DNA from: Leptolyngbyaceae cyanobacterium
GTDB taxonomy: Bacteria > Cyanobacteriota > Cyanobacteriia > Phormidesmidales > Phormidesmidaceae
DNA: 64,000 bases
Direction: 5' to 3'
NCBI GenBank assembly: GCA_965263355.1
Contig: CBDHHL010000032.1
Location: forward strand, 576,001-640,000
Below the pieces are notes generated by a model, which made no database searches, was not told the origin of the DNA, and worked only from the letters and a program-made list of their open reading frames with translations. The first letter of the stretch is position 1; each line of letters begins with the position of its first letter. Below are positions 19,811 through 30,612 of this stretch, in pieces. Both the position numbers and the translations under genes were made by a program.

Positions 19811-21742
19811 TTAACTGTCTAATCGTTCCGCCAGTTCCATCCACCGTTCAGTTGCAGTTTCAATTTCGATGTCTAAATCTGCCAACCGTTGAGAAAGGGT
19901 TTGCATTTCACTGTAGTCGCTGGGCGGATTTGTATAGAGTTGTTTTTCTAGGGTTGCTTTCTCATCTTCTAATTTAGGGATTTTCTCTTCTAGTGAGGCG
20001 TATTCACGCTTTTCTTTGTAGGAAAGCTTTTTGGATTTAACGGTGTTTTTTTGAGGGCCTTTAACGGGAGTTTGTATGGACGATTTGGTCTGGTTAGATT
20101 TGGTAGTTGCTTGCTTTTCTTTCTCTACTTGTTCTGTTTTCTCTTTATGCTCTAAGTAGATAGAATAATTGCCAGGATACTGTTTTAGCTTGCCTAACCC
20201 TTCAAAAGAAAATACCGTTTCTACCGTACGGTCAAGAAAATAACGATCATGGGAAACAACAATCACGCAGCCGTTAAACTCTTCTAAATATTCTTCTAAA
20301 ATACCTAAGGTCTGCACATCCAGATCATTGGTGGGCTCATCTAAAATCAGTACATTGGGAGCCTGCATCAGCACCCGTAGTAAAAACAAGCGACGGCGTT
20401 CTCCACCGGACAGTTTATGGATGGGGGCATACTGCTGGTCCGGAGGGAACAGAAATCGCTCTAACATTTTAGAGGCCGTAATCACCGTGCCATCAGCGGT
20501 GGTAACTAGCTCGGCCACATCCTTGAGGTAGTCAATCACTCGCTGGTTTTCGTTGATGTTGACATCGTCGGAATATTGATCAAAATAGCCGATGTGAATG
20601 GTGGAACCAATGTCAACGGTACCGGTATCGGGCTGTTCTCGACCGGTGATGATATTCATCAATGTAGATTTACCCACCCCGTTGGGTCCAATGATGCCGA
20701 TGCGATCCTCTGGTGTAAATAGGTAGGAAAAGTCTTTGATCAGGGTGCGTCCATCGTAACCTTTGGTGACATTTTCTAACTCGATTACCTTTTTCCCAAT
20801 GCGGCGACCAGCAGTGGCAATTTCCACATTACCCTGGGCCTGTTTAAACTCCGCGTTTTGCATATCACGGATGCGGTCAATGCGAGCCCTTTGCTTAGTA
20901 CTTCGGGCCTTGGCTCCACGCTGCAGCCATTTCAGCTCGCGTCGGAGGACACCAGCATGTTTTTTCTGACTGCTGACAGCGGCCTCTTCTTGGGCTGCTT
21001 TTTTCTCCAGGTAATAGCTGTAGTTGCCACTGTAGGGGTACAGATCACCCCGGTCGATTTCTAGAATGCGGTTGGTCACCCGGTCCAAAAAATAGCGGTC
21101 GTGGGTAATTAGAAACAGGGCACCACGATAGCGACTAAGATAATCCTGCAGCCATTCCACTGATAGGGCATCCAGGTGGTTGGTGGGCTCGTCCATTAGG
21201 ATAAGGTCGGGTTCAGCTAGCAGAGCGGTTGCGATCGCAACCCGTTTTCGGTAGCCCCCCGACAGCGTCCCAATCTTGACATGAAAATCCTTAATCCCCA
21301 GCTTACTCAGCACTACCTTAGCCTGAGTTTCTAGCTCCCAGGCATTGGCCTGCTCAATCTGCTGCGACACCCGCGATAACATTGCCATCAGCTGGTCCGT
21401 ATCCCCCGTCGCCTCCGCTAGCTTGGCAGAGATCAACTCATACTCCCGCACCAGTGCCATGCTATCGCCACTATCGGCAAACACCTGCTCCAGTACCGTC
21501 CGCTCTTCATCCAAATCCGGCTGCTGCGGTAAGTAAACTATTTTGCTACTGGCATTCTTCCAAATTTCGCCACTATCAACGGGTTCTATCCCTGCAATCA
21601 TCTTGAGCAGCGTTGACTTACCCGAACCATTAGTGCCAATTAGCCCCACCCGGTCCCCTTCTTCAATGCTAAAGCTGGCATCCCGCAAAATTTCCTTGAT
21701 GCCAAAGTCTTTGTTTATATCCCGTAAAGCCAGCAGAGTCAT
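19811..21742 (-). CDS. ABC-F family ATP-binding protein (Uup-like)
   Basis: Two ABC domains (GTNGSGKS and GPNGVGKS; LSGG; DEPTN), no TM, C-terminal coiled coil. Confidence 0.92.
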   Translation of the reverse strand: MTLLALRDINKDFGIKEILRDASFSIEEGDRVGLIGTNGSGKSTLLKMIAGIEPVDSGEIWKNASSKIVYLPQQPDLDEERTVLEQVFADSGDSMALVREYELISAKLAEATGDTDQLMAMLSRVSQQIEQANAWELETQAKVVLSKLGIKDFHVKIGTLSGGYRKRVAIATALLAEPDLILMDEPTNHLDALSVEWLQDYLSRYRGALFLITHDRYFLDRVTNRILEIDRGDLYPYSGNYSYYLEKKAAQEEAAVSSQKKHAGVLRRELKWLQRGAKARSTKQRARIDRIRDMQNAEFKQAQGNVEIATAGRRIGKKVIELENVTKGYDGRTLIKDFSYLFTPEDRIGIIGPNGVGKSTLMNIITGREQPDTGTVDIGSTIHIGYFDQYSDDVNINENQRVIDYLKDVAELVTTADGTVITASKMLERFLFPPDQQYAPIHKLSGGERRRLFLLRVLMQAPNVLILDEPTNDLDVQTLGILEEYLEEFNGCVIVVSHDRYFLDRTVETVFSFEGLGKLKQYPGNYSIYLEHKEKTEQVEKEKQATTKSNQTKSSIQTPVKGPQKNTVKSKKLSYKEKREYASLEEKIPKLEDEKATLEKQLYTNPPSDYSEMQTLSQRLADLDIEIETATERWMELAERLDS

Positions 21743-21861
21743 GGGTGAATGCCAAACAACCGTAGCTAGTGTAACGTGGGAGACCGGTCTGTAGCCTAGC
21801 CCCCCAACAATGGCATCTATGGATAAAGCCAACTTAACATCACTATGGTTACACAGCCTGT

Positions 21862-22443
21862 TTAACCCAGTAGCGCCACCACCTCTGATGCACTATAAAT
21901 GCTACCAGCCAATTCAAACTGCTCCATACTCGAAATAGTTTGTGTCCACTCAACATTATTGCCAAGCTTATCCTGGGTGCTAATAATTCTCACACTATCG
22001 GAACCGCGCAACTCAATAGACATTGTTGTTGCATCAAAAAAAGTCAAGCTTGATCAGAGCCCAATTGCATTAAATTCAAAAGCATCAACAACAACAGAAA
22101 CGACATCATCATCCCCTAACGTATTAGGTGAGCCAGCAATGATACTGTTAACACACACAAGGTCATTATCGGCACCAGAGTCAATATCAACATGCTTCAT
22201 GCCAAACAGGTCAACCTCTGCAGCAGCCGTACCTGTTATAAAGACATCGACATTGGCAGCATCATTTCCCTCTAGACTGCGGATATTTAACTCAAAGGCT
22301 ACAGAACCAGTAATTGTTTCATCAAGTTCCAGTTCTTCACCAACAAATATGAGTCCTCCCCTGTACTCATTATTATCAGCTGTCCCCGTGAATACACCGG
22401 TTAATTGACCGCTACCTCTGAACACATTGGGTGATTGAGTCAT
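21862..22443 (-). pseudogene. Internally deleted paralogue of the 18057-19570 RTX-like gene
   Basis: N-part GQLTGVFTGT resembles AQLTGNFQGT. C-part KLDFFDATTMSI...WTQTI...EVVALLG resembles KLDFFDNTTMSI...WTQTI...EVVDLLG. The two parts join out of frame at about 22055. Confidence 0.75.
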
Positions 22444-23242
22444 CGTTTTACTATTTGGTTTGGGAAACTTTCTAAAATATTGATAAACTAACTGACTTGA
22501 CAGCGACAAACCAATGCATACGAATTCCGAACATGCTAAATAGATGCTCTTTTAGAACCCCTTCTTCAGGACGGCCTAAGGATGTCAATGAGGCTGCTGA
22601 GGCTGCTCTCTGTGTACCCTGCAATAATAGTCAGAATTTCGTATCACCAGGTTGAACCAACTAGCCATCAATCAGCAGTGGATCACTTCTGTTGGACTCC
22701 CCCTGACGTTAGAAGACGCTTAAAAAATGAGTAAGGTTTCTCAGTATAATTAGGGGTTTTCCACAAATAAACGTTACTCTAAGGGTTCAAATACTGAAGT
22801 AAAAATCAGCGCTACTGACGACACATCATCTACTAAAGTTGCAAACAAACTATTTTTTTTGAATAAAGAAGAATCTTTGCATAATCAGCATTTTTAGAAT
22901 AAGGTTTACATTAGGTTAGCTAAGTTTGCATAGCTGATTGCACAGCTATAAAAGCCCTTACACCTAATGCCTTCTGGCACTGGCATCGTAACTACTAAAT
23001 TAATCTTCAAGTAGACACCTGATTTTAAGTTCAGGCTCCATTTAACTACTGAGAAAACTTTATCAACATTCAATAGAAGATAGCATTACCAATCTCAATT
23101 TAGACGGATCTAAACCCATAGCCTGCGTATATCAGTTAGGAGCTTACTGGAAATTAAATCATCTACACAAGCGAAAACAGGAGCGTATCCACTTTTCTAA
23201 GTAGGATTTTCAAGTCAGGTTAGCATTTTTATTCGAGACCTT

Positions 23243-24097
23243 ATGAGCAAACCTCTAATTTACTACGTGCTTATAGCAGGAAGCCTGCTACTGGCCAATT
23301 GCTCAAATGGTCAAGCATCTTCCCCCTCCATAAATACAACCGATTCAGTCAACACTACAAAAATCGGTGGTTCAGCAGAAACCTATGAAGTTCTTGAGCG
23401 TCTTGTAGAGGCCTATCAAACTGAGGCTGTAGATAGCAACTTTGAGTTTTTGCCACCGAGTCAAACCAGTGGAGGCATTGAAGGAGTCAAAAGGGGCGTG
23501 ATTGATATTGGAGGCGTGAGTCGTGTCCCCAGTCCTGACGAAACCAATAGCCAAATCAACTATCTCCGTTTAGCCAAAACCCCATTAGTTGTTGTTATCC
23601 ATAACAGTGTCACTGGCATCAGTAATATTACGGGTAAGCAAATTAAAGCTATTTACAATGGTCAAATTACCAATTGGAAAAAGCTTGGGGGCCCCGATGC
23701 TGATATCGTTCTATTGGATTTTACAGAGGATGAGAACGAAAAGCAGATGCTACGGCAAACTTATTTAGGCTCAGCCTTAGCTATCACCCCTAAGGCCATT
23801 GTTTTCCCTGAGGATGATGAACTCGCAGCAACAGCAGCAACGACACAATTCAGTATGGCAACCGTTGCCTATGAAGAGGAACTTGAGGATTTAGCGTTAT
23901 CTCTACTGAGTGTCGATGGGGTTTTACCCTCAGCTAAAACAACTCAATCAGGAGAATATCCCATGGCGTTATCTCTGGGTATCGTTTTCAGTCAACAATC
24001 CTCTAGTGAAACTCAAGCATTTCTAGAATTTGCAGTTGGCCCAAAGGGACAAAAAACATTGAGTGGCACTAACTATGTTCAACTCGATGATAATTAA
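23243..24097 (+). CDS. PstS-like substrate-binding (lipo)protein
   Basis: Lipobox-like LLANC, TSGGIEGV..G..DIGGVSR and IYNGQITNWKKLGGPD. Confidence 0.85.
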   Translation: MSKPLIYYVLIAGSLLLANCSNGQASSPSINTTDSVNTTKIGGSAETYEVLERLVEAYQTEAVDSNFEFLPPSQTSGGIEGVKRGVIDIGGVSRVPSPDETNSQINYLRLAKTPLVVVIHNSVTGISNITGKQIKAIYNGQITNWKKLGGPDADIVLLDFTEDENEKQMLRQTYLGSALAITPKAIVFPEDDELAATAATTQFSMATVAYEEELEDLALSLLSVDGVLPSAKTTQSGEYPMALSLGIVFSQQSSSETQAFLEFAVGPKGQKTLSGTNYVQLDDN

Positions 24098-24114
24098 TTG
24101 CCAATACTGTATCC

Positions 24115-26121
24115 ATGGCCTTACTGTACTTCCAAAGGTTATTACTGAAATACCAAAGGGCATCCTTACCGCTAAAAATTAGCATTCCCTTTATTGTGAT
24201 GTCCCTAGGTTTTTGGGTAGTTAGTGTGGCTACAGTAGGAATGTTTTTCTCAAATAAATTAGAACAGGATCAGCAAGAACAAGCAGAAGAACTGGCTGCA
24301 TTAGTTGAGCGAGATATTTATCGAGAAATGGAGTCGCTACGTCAAGGTGCGCGTTTTCTAGCCATTGAAGCACTATTAGCTCAAGCAGTTATTAGTCAGG
24401 ACATCAATCAGTTTCAACAGACTGTTCTGCCCCTAAAAAGCATTTTAGATACCGATATCATCAGTATTATCAATAACAACAAAAAACAACTATTCAAAGT
24501 TCAAAATACTAAACTAAAAAATTTCAACCTCAATGATCAAACAGCTAATAATCTAGTAATTACTGGCTCAGACATTAACGATGTTATCAGTAGTAATGAC
24601 CTTGTACCTCCTATTTTAATCGGCACTGCACCGATTAAAAATGACCAGGGTGTGATTGGTGGAGTCCTGCTAGGAACTGTGCTTGGCAATGACTTCCTCA
24701 AACAAATTAACCAAACAATTCAAGAACAAATTATTGTTTTGTCAGACGATACACTTGTCGCTTCCACATTTCCACCTGACACCACTTATTTAGAACAGCT
24801 TGATCTTGCCAGTTTAGATGGTTTTGTCACCATTGATCAACAAGATTTCTTAGCTGAATCAATTCCCTTAAAAAGCTTAGAAAATGAGCAATTTAAGTTA
24901 GTTCTGCTAATTTCTCAACAATCATTGACCCAAGCACAATATACACTTTGGTTTTTTATTGTGGTCGTCACATGTGTAGGTTCACTAATAACATCTATTC
25001 TTGGCTATTGGATTGCAAAAAGAATCGCTAGACCGATTCAAGACATTACCCTAATAGCTCAACAAGTTGCTGGGGAAGGTCGTTTTGATTTACGAGCACC
25101 TGTAACTACCCAAGACGACATCAGTATTTTAGCTCTGTCTATCAATCAGTTAATTGAATGGGTTGGGCAATATACCCATGAGCTAGAAATTTCTGCTAGA
25201 ACCTTAGAAACTAGGGTACAGAAACGTACCAAAAAACTCTCAAACACACTGAACGAACTTAAAAATACCCAAGCTCAACTAATTCAAACGGAAAAAATGT
25301 CCAGCCTTGGCCAAATGATCGCTGGTATTGCCCATGAGATTAATAATCCTATCAGTTTTGTCCAAGGCAATATTGAACCTTTAAAAGAGTATTTTCAAGA
25401 CTTATTAGACTTAATCAAAACCTACCAAACTGAATATCCTGAACCGACTACAGCTGTTATTCAGAAACAGGAAGAAATTGATTTTGACTTTTTATTAAAA
25501 GATTTGGATAAACTTCTAGGATCTATGAATCTGGGTGCAGAGCGTGTCCATGCAATTGTCCAATCGCTACGTAATTTCTCGCGTTTAGATGAAGCCACGG
25601 TTAAAGACGTGAATATTCATGAGGGCATAGATAGTACCTTATTGATCTTAAATCACCGGATTAAGCATGATGTGAAAGTTGTTAAAAAATACGGCGATCT
25701 TCCCTTGGTACGGTGTTTTCCAGCTCAGCTGAATCAGGTATTTACCAATATTATTGTCAATGCCCTAGATGCGATGTTTGAGGCTGATTGTGAGCACAAA
25801 AAGCTCAAAATCATTACCCGTATGCTAAGCAAGCGCCAGGTTCAAATCATTATCTGTGATAGCGGTCCTGGCATTCCCCGTCATATCCGAAAAAAGATTT
25901 TTGATCCATTTTTTACAACAAAGCCAGTGGGCAAAGGAACTGGCTTAGGGTTGGGTATCTGCTTTAGAATAATTCAACAGCATCAAGGTATCATTCAAGT
26001 AAGATCTAAAGTTGGCAAAGGCACTGAATTTGTCATTACCTTACCGATCGATGCTTTACCTGCCGAACCCACCATGTCATCGACGACTGAAATAGCGACT
26101 CAGCCGACAGCTAAGGTTTAA
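24115..26121 (+). CDS. Membrane sensor histidine kinase (periplasmic sensor, HAMP, HisKA, HATPase)
   Basis: Two TMs, [29 protein letters not shown] and [15 protein letters not shown]. Confidence 0.93.
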   Translation: MALLYFQRLLLKYQRASLPLKISIPFIVMSLGFWVVSVATVGMFFSNKLEQDQQEQAEELAALVERDIYREMESLRQGARFLAIEALLAQAVISQDINQFQQTVLPLKSILDTDIISIINNNKKQLFKVQNTKLKNFNLNDQTANNLVITGSDINDVISSNDLVPPILIGTAPIKNDQGVIGGVLLGTVLGNDFLKQINQTIQEQIIVLSDDTLVASTFPPDTTYLEQLDLASLDGFVTIDQQDFLAESIPLKSLENEQFKLVLLISQQSLTQAQYTLWFFIVVVTCVGSLITSILGYWIAKRIARPIQDITLIAQQVAGEGRFDLRAPVTTQDDISILALSINQLIEWVGQYTHELEISARTLETRVQKRTKKLSNTLNELKNTQAQLIQTEKMSSLGQMIAGIAHEINNPISFVQGNIEPLKEYFQDLLDLIKTYQTEYPEPTTAVIQKQEEIDFDFLLKDLDKLLGSMNLGAERVHAIVQSLRNFSRLDEATVKDVNIHEGIDSTLLILNHRIKHDVKVVKKYGDLPLVRCFPAQLNQVFTNIIVNALDAMFEADCEHKKLKIITRMLSKRQVQIIICDSGPGIPRHIRKKIFDPFFTTKPVGKGTGLGLGICFRIIQQHQGIIQVRSKVGKGTEFVITLPIDALPAEPTMSSTTEIATQPTAKV

Positions 26122-27584
26122 TAGGGTAGATCTTCAGATTTCCAAGCCACCTCAGCCTCCGCAGCCAGGGGCAGTTGTACAGGTTCAGTACGGTAAATAT
26201 TATCTCGTTCCCGTTGGCGTGGAGACTGTTTGCGACGGCGAGAAATATTTTCCTCCGTTGTCTCTTCAGCAATCACTTCATAAAGCATAGCTAGTTTGTT
26301 ACCATCACCTTTCCGCAACACCCGCCCTAAACGCTGAATATACTCTCGTGTAGAGCCACTCCCCGACAATAAAATAGCCACCTTAGCTTCAGGCACATCC
26401 ACCCCCTCATTGAGCACATGGGAGACCACAATGGTTTTATAATCTCCTGTACGGAAGTTTTGCAAAACATCACGCCGCTCTTTTACGGGAGTTTGATGGG
26501 TAATGGCCGGAATGAGAAAATCCTGGGAGATTTTATAAACGGTGGCATTATCATTGGTAAAAATAATGGTGCGCTCAGGATAATGTCGAGATAGCAACTC
26601 TTCTAATATCCGCAGCTTGCCTGCCGTGCCCAAGGCAATGTTTTTAGCTTCACGGTGGGCCAGCATTGCTCTACGCCCTGCCTGGGATCGGGCACTGGCA
26701 GCTACAAATCGTTTCCAGCCCTCAGGGCTCCCCAACCAAATTCGCGACTGTTGCAAAAAGTCATTACGCTGTTGAATCAGTTCAGCATAGCGACGACGTT
26801 CTATCTCAGAAAGAGAAACTTTTAGCTGCACAATCTGATACGGAGCTAGCGCCTGACCAGACAGTTCAGCTGCTGTTTTATGGTACACCACGGGTCCTAA
26901 TAGCTGATCAAGATCAGCATGGCGGCCATCAGCCCGATCAGGGGTAGCTGTTAATCCCAACCGGTAGGGTGCGATCGCATATTCAGCAATCACCCGATTA
27001 AAGTCGCTAGGTAAATGGTGACACTCATCACATACCAATAGACCATAGCGATTGCCCAAACTTTCTGCATGGATCGCCGCACTATCATAGGTGGCCACTA
27101 AAATATCAGAGCGATCGCGACTGCCCCCTCCTAATAATCCAATGTCGGCATCGGGAAAGGCCGTTTCCAAATGGGCATACCACTGATGCATCAAATCTAA
27201 CGTGGGCACCGTAATCAGCGTGCTACGGGGAATTGCCTGTAGGGCTAACTGAGCGAGGTAAGTTTTACCTGCCGCCGTCGGCAACACCACAACCCCCTGC
27301 CATCGATTTTGTTGCCAAGCCTGCAATGCTTCACTCTGATGAAGATATGGCTCAAATGTTAATTGTGGAGTAAGTTCTAAGGCCGTAAAGTCAGCAGCCT
27401 GATCATTGATCTCCACCTGTTCCCGTCTTAGGGTTTCCAGCAGTGGACGGTAGCAATGGGCTGGGATCCGAAACCGTTCAATGCGGTCATCCCACACGGC
27501 ATGATCAATCCAACGTTTGCCACGGGGGGGCGGATGCAAAATCAAGGTGCCGCGATCAAACCGTAGGGTGGGTATACGCACCAT
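26118..27584 (-). CDS. SF2 helicase, XPB/SSL2-like (ResIII + HelicaseC)
   Basis: LPTAAGKT, DECHH, LTAT and QRLGR motifs. Confidence 0.9.
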   Translation of the reverse strand: MVRIPTLRFDRGTLILHPPPRGKRWIDHAVWDDRIERFRIPAHCYRPLLETLRREQVEINDQAADFTALELTPQLTFEPYLHQSEALQAWQQNRWQGVVVLPTAAGKTYLAQLALQAIPRSTLITVPTLDLMHQWYAHLETAFPDADIGLLGGGSRDRSDILVATYDSAAIHAESLGNRYGLLVCDECHHLPSDFNRVIAEYAIAPYRLGLTATPDRADGRHADLDQLLGPVVYHKTAAELSGQALAPYQIVQLKVSLSEIERRRYAELIQQRNDFLQQSRIWLGSPEGWKRFVAASARSQAGRRAMLAHREAKNIALGTAGKLRILEELLSRHYPERTIIFTNDNATVYKISQDFLIPAITHQTPVKERRDVLQNFRTGDYKTIVVSHVLNEGVDVPEAKVAILLSGSGSTREYIQRLGRVLRKGDGNKLAMLYEVIAEETTEENISRRRKQSPRQRERDNIYRTEPVQLPLAAEAEVAWKSEDLPY

Positions 27585-27849
27585 ATTTCAATCCAAACTT
27601 TCACCCCGATACCAGGCTAATTCAACCTTGGTTGGTAAATATACCAAATTCAATAACTTGTCATCATCAATCGTTAAGAGAAGATACGTTCTATTCTCCG
27701 TGGCCCAAGGTCCGTATAACTACGGAGGTGGTTTATGGGTATCCGGTGACAATTAGACATAGCCATCCGAAAAAATATCCAACTATATCTGGAATAGGTG
27801 CAGTCAACCCTGTGTTTACTCTTAGCGTTCTACCAAGGAGAATCGTCGT

Positions 27850-28035
27850 ATGGATATGTCAATGATTCTAGGTTTAGCCCTTGCTGGTTCGATTATGTTG
27901 CTCAATGGCAACAAAACTCAGAGCAAAAAGTCTCAAACGCAATCTGATACACCATCCGAATTTGTGGTCAGTGTCGGTGGAGACGGAGCCATCTCCATTA
28001 GCCCAAAAGAAGAAGCTCTAAAGGGGGTTCAATAA
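27850..28035 (+). CDS. Small hypothetical membrane-anchored protein
   Basis: AAGGAG 9 nt upstream of the ATG; hydrophobic N-terminus. Confidence 0.5.
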   Translation: MDMSMILGLALAGSIMLLNGNKTQSKKSQTQSDTPSEFVVSVGGDGAISISPKEEALKGVQ

Positions 28036-28174
28036 CCACGGGATATTTCCCCAAGGATAAAATCCCAGCGTTGGGCTACAACCTCGGCCCAAATTCAAAT
28101 TCATTAACCCTGGTTAAAAATACATCAGCCCATAGTGGCAATCCCTTGTGGTTGCCCTGCAATATTGGGGCAGG

Positions 28175-28279
28175 TAGCCAGGATTTCGTATCACCCCCAA
28201 TTAAAACTAGATACCTGAGAGTTAATGGGTGAATTCGCCCATAACCCTCAGGTGTAATTTTTTTGAAACAGCTTGGCTA
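28175..28279. mobile_element. Putative MITE (105 bp, TA-bounded)
   Basis: Imperfect terminal inverted repeats TAGCCAGGATTTC / GAAACAGCTTGGCTA and a long internal hairpin at 28213-28253. The left end recurs at 22628-22648 (19/21 identical). Confidence 0.55.
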
Positions 28280-28315
28280 CATAGCATTGTGCCCACAGTT
28301 CATACCATTGATGCC

Positions 28316-28350
28316 CCCAATGCCCATTGCCTATTGCCCAGTGCCCATCA
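28316..28350. repeat. Heptamer tandem repeat (STRR-like)
   Basis: CCCAATG CCCATTG CCTATTG CCCAGTG CCCATCA just past the nrdJ stop. Confidence 0.6.
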
Positions 28351-28353
28351 AGA

Positions 28354-30531
28354 CTAACCCGGTTTCTTCTCCGGTAGTAAACACTTATCTGAATCACAAC
28401 CAGCCGGGCCAGCTTCGATCAATTCCCCCGCATCATAGCTTTCCAGGGCCGCATGAAAGTTTTCGTTCGTCCGCCGAGCTAATACCTCACGGCAAAGTTC
28501 CTCATAGCGCGCCTTATCAATGGGCTCAAAGGGCAACCGTGGGAAAGTTTGTAAGTCGTCAAAACGCGCCAACAGTGCGGAGGAAATATAGCCTTCATCG
28601 TTTTCTATGGCCTGATGAATACGCTCAGCCAAAGGCTCGATCTCATGTTCACGAAACTCGATGGTGGCCGAGGTATTATGGGCAGTATAGTGTCGCTGCA
28701 CCTGCATATAGAAATCAAACTGGGCCAATGCCGAGAATTTTTCAATGGCCACTCTATCTGCTCCCGGTAGATTAGCCCAGGGAACTTCTACTGGCATTTC
28801 CACCAGCCACTCAGTACAGCGGGGATCAAACGGATCATTGAGCAGGTTACCCTGCTCGTCCTTGTCAGACTGGGACGGGATCACTGAGTAACCATAATCG
28901 ATACAGGCCAGTGCAACCGGATCGTCTTTGCGAAAAGTTATGCGGCGGATAAAGCGCTGAGACTTAGGAGGATGCCAGCCCGAAGAGGCACCGCTCAATA
29001 AACTCTTAGTCCCCGCAGGCTGAACCGTGGTGCAACGATTGGGACGCTGAATGCCATGGCGATCGCAATAGTCCCACACCGTTTCATGGACAATCGCCTT
29101 CCAACGGCTTAGATACTCTTGCTCTTTAGTCTTAAACTCCAGACCCTGCATCGTATCTGGACGACCGGCCTCCCACCAGTTAAGCCAGTCCACCCCAAAG
29201 GCCCGAACAAAAAAGTCAAACAGACCAGTAAAGGACACCCCAACAATGGGATCGTCCAGCCGCGACTGCTGATACCGGGGCTCAATAAATTGATGATTTA
29301 GTAGGACAGCAACAGCAATACCGCCAGCCCTGAACGCATCTTCCTGCTCTTGTAAATTCTTCGGATCAATCTGATTTAGGTGAATTTCAGCCAAATTGCA
29401 GTGAAAATTTTTCCCAAGGATTTCTCCACACGGGTTGAGTCCATAGCGTCCTTTGCCCTGGGCTCGACGCTCTGCTTCACCCGCCCACTGCAGTGCCCCC
29501 TCTCCCGAGTAAAACTGCTTACGTACCGCATTGACCATTTCCCCTAGTGAGGGCTTAGTATGAAATACTCTGGTATGATTAGCCATCCGCAGCGCATCTC
29601 GTTCGGGGTCAATGCGCCAGTTGCCCTCAACATCCTGCTGCCACAGGTTATCCTTAGCAGCGGCGGCTAATTCATCATGGCTATCAAACTGCCGCATTCC
29701 AGCTGACCTGCGGATGTTACCCGCCACAACACAGGCCGCTGCTTCATCGATCAGCAAACAGCACTCCACAGATGTGAGCTTACGTCCGATGGCCTGGTTC
29801 AAAATCGCAGCACAACGATTGTATAAACCCGGTAATTTCACTGGATTGGCCATACCGCCAAACCCCTTCAGCTTTTCTCCCGCAGGGCGCACATCGCTAA
29901 GATCAACTACAATCTCAACGTCTCCTGTGAAATACTCATTCGTGGAAAGCTCAAGGATTTTCTGATAAGAGGTAACCCAACCATTTCGGCTATCGCCCAC
30001 ACAAATGTTTACCCGATTGCCATCAATCGTTACATCTGTCTCTTCCCGACGCTGACCTTCGGGGGTAGTCCCGACTGTACCAGCCATGGTTACCAACAAT
30101 CGGTTACGAATCACCGGTAGCTGATCTATATACTTAGGCTCTAATACTGCACCGGTACCACAGCCCATCATGGCCAAATCCATCATCAGACCAAAGGCGC
30201 GCCAGTCCACCACGTCGGTACTGGTACAGTTATAGGCCCCAGAGAAATTTTTTGGCTGCTTACTCCATTCAGTGCCACCGACCCAAAGCCATCGACCCGA
30301 CGGTAGCGCCTTTAATTCCCGCTGCATGCGCCGTACCAAGGCCGTTTCCTCAGTGGTCAGCTGGCCTAGTTCGATGAGACCATCTAGGGTGCGATCGCAA
30401 ACGTCATACCAGGATTCCCGCTGCCCGTTATCCAAACGACGGCTGTAGGTACGGTAAAACACTGGGTAGGCCGCAGGCGCAGTTTCAGGAAAAGGCGTTT
30501 TTGTGCGTAGTCGTTCTAACTCTTGAACCAT
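28354..30531 (-). CDS. nrdJ: Class II (adenosylcobalamin-dependent) ribonucleoside-triphosphate reductase
   Basis: PSGRWLW, YNC, GNIRRSA, NPCGE, TTVQPAGT and C-terminal CDSDKC; no intein seen. Confidence 0.93.
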   Translation of the reverse strand: MVQELERLRTKTPFPETAPAAYPVFYRTYSRRLDNGQRESWYDVCDRTLDGLIELGQLTTEETALVRRMQRELKALPSGRWLWVGGTEWSKQPKNFSGAYNCTSTDVVDWRAFGLMMDLAMMGCGTGAVLEPKYIDQLPVIRNRLLVTMAGTVGTTPEGQRREETDVTIDGNRVNICVGDSRNGWVTSYQKILELSTNEYFTGDVEIVVDLSDVRPAGEKLKGFGGMANPVKLPGLYNRCAAILNQAIGRKLTSVECCLLIDEAAACVVAGNIRRSAGMRQFDSHDELAAAAKDNLWQQDVEGNWRIDPERDALRMANHTRVFHTKPSLGEMVNAVRKQFYSGEGALQWAGEAERRAQGKGRYGLNPCGEILGKNFHCNLAEIHLNQIDPKNLQEQEDAFRAGGIAVAVLLNHQFIEPRYQQSRLDDPIVGVSFTGLFDFFVRAFGVDWLNWWEAGRPDTMQGLEFKTKEQEYLSRWKAIVHETVWDYCDRHGIQRPNRCTTVQPAGTKSLLSGASSGWHPPKSQRFIRRITFRKDDPVALACIDYGYSVIPSQSDKDEQGNLLNDPFDPRCTEWLVEMPVEVPWANLPGADRVAIEKFSALAQFDFYMQVQRHYTAHNTSATIEFREHEIEPLAERIHQAIENDEGYISSALLARFDDLQTFPRLPFEPIDKARYEELCREVLARRTNENFHAALESYDAGELIEAGPAGCDSDKCLLPEKKPG

Positions 30532-30612
30532 TCGTCTGGATTTCCTTACGAATTTAGGGGTGTGAATGGGAGGTGGTCATTAGCGATGGGGCATCCACCA
30601 GCAATAGCCCAA

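Noticed and set aside
19811..21742. Type I secretion ABC exporter for the flanking RTX-like proteins
   Set aside because: It has no TM domain; the twin-ATPase ABC-F architecture is cytoplasmic.
26118..27584. Type III restriction subunit or defence helicase
   Set aside because: It has no nuclease domain or adjacent methylase and fits the XPB-like helicases found widely in cyanobacteria.
28263..28775. 170-aa ORF antisense to nrdJ and the many similar short shadow ORFs in the track
   Set aside because: They overlap well-supported genes on the opposite strand or in another frame and carry no recognisable motifs.
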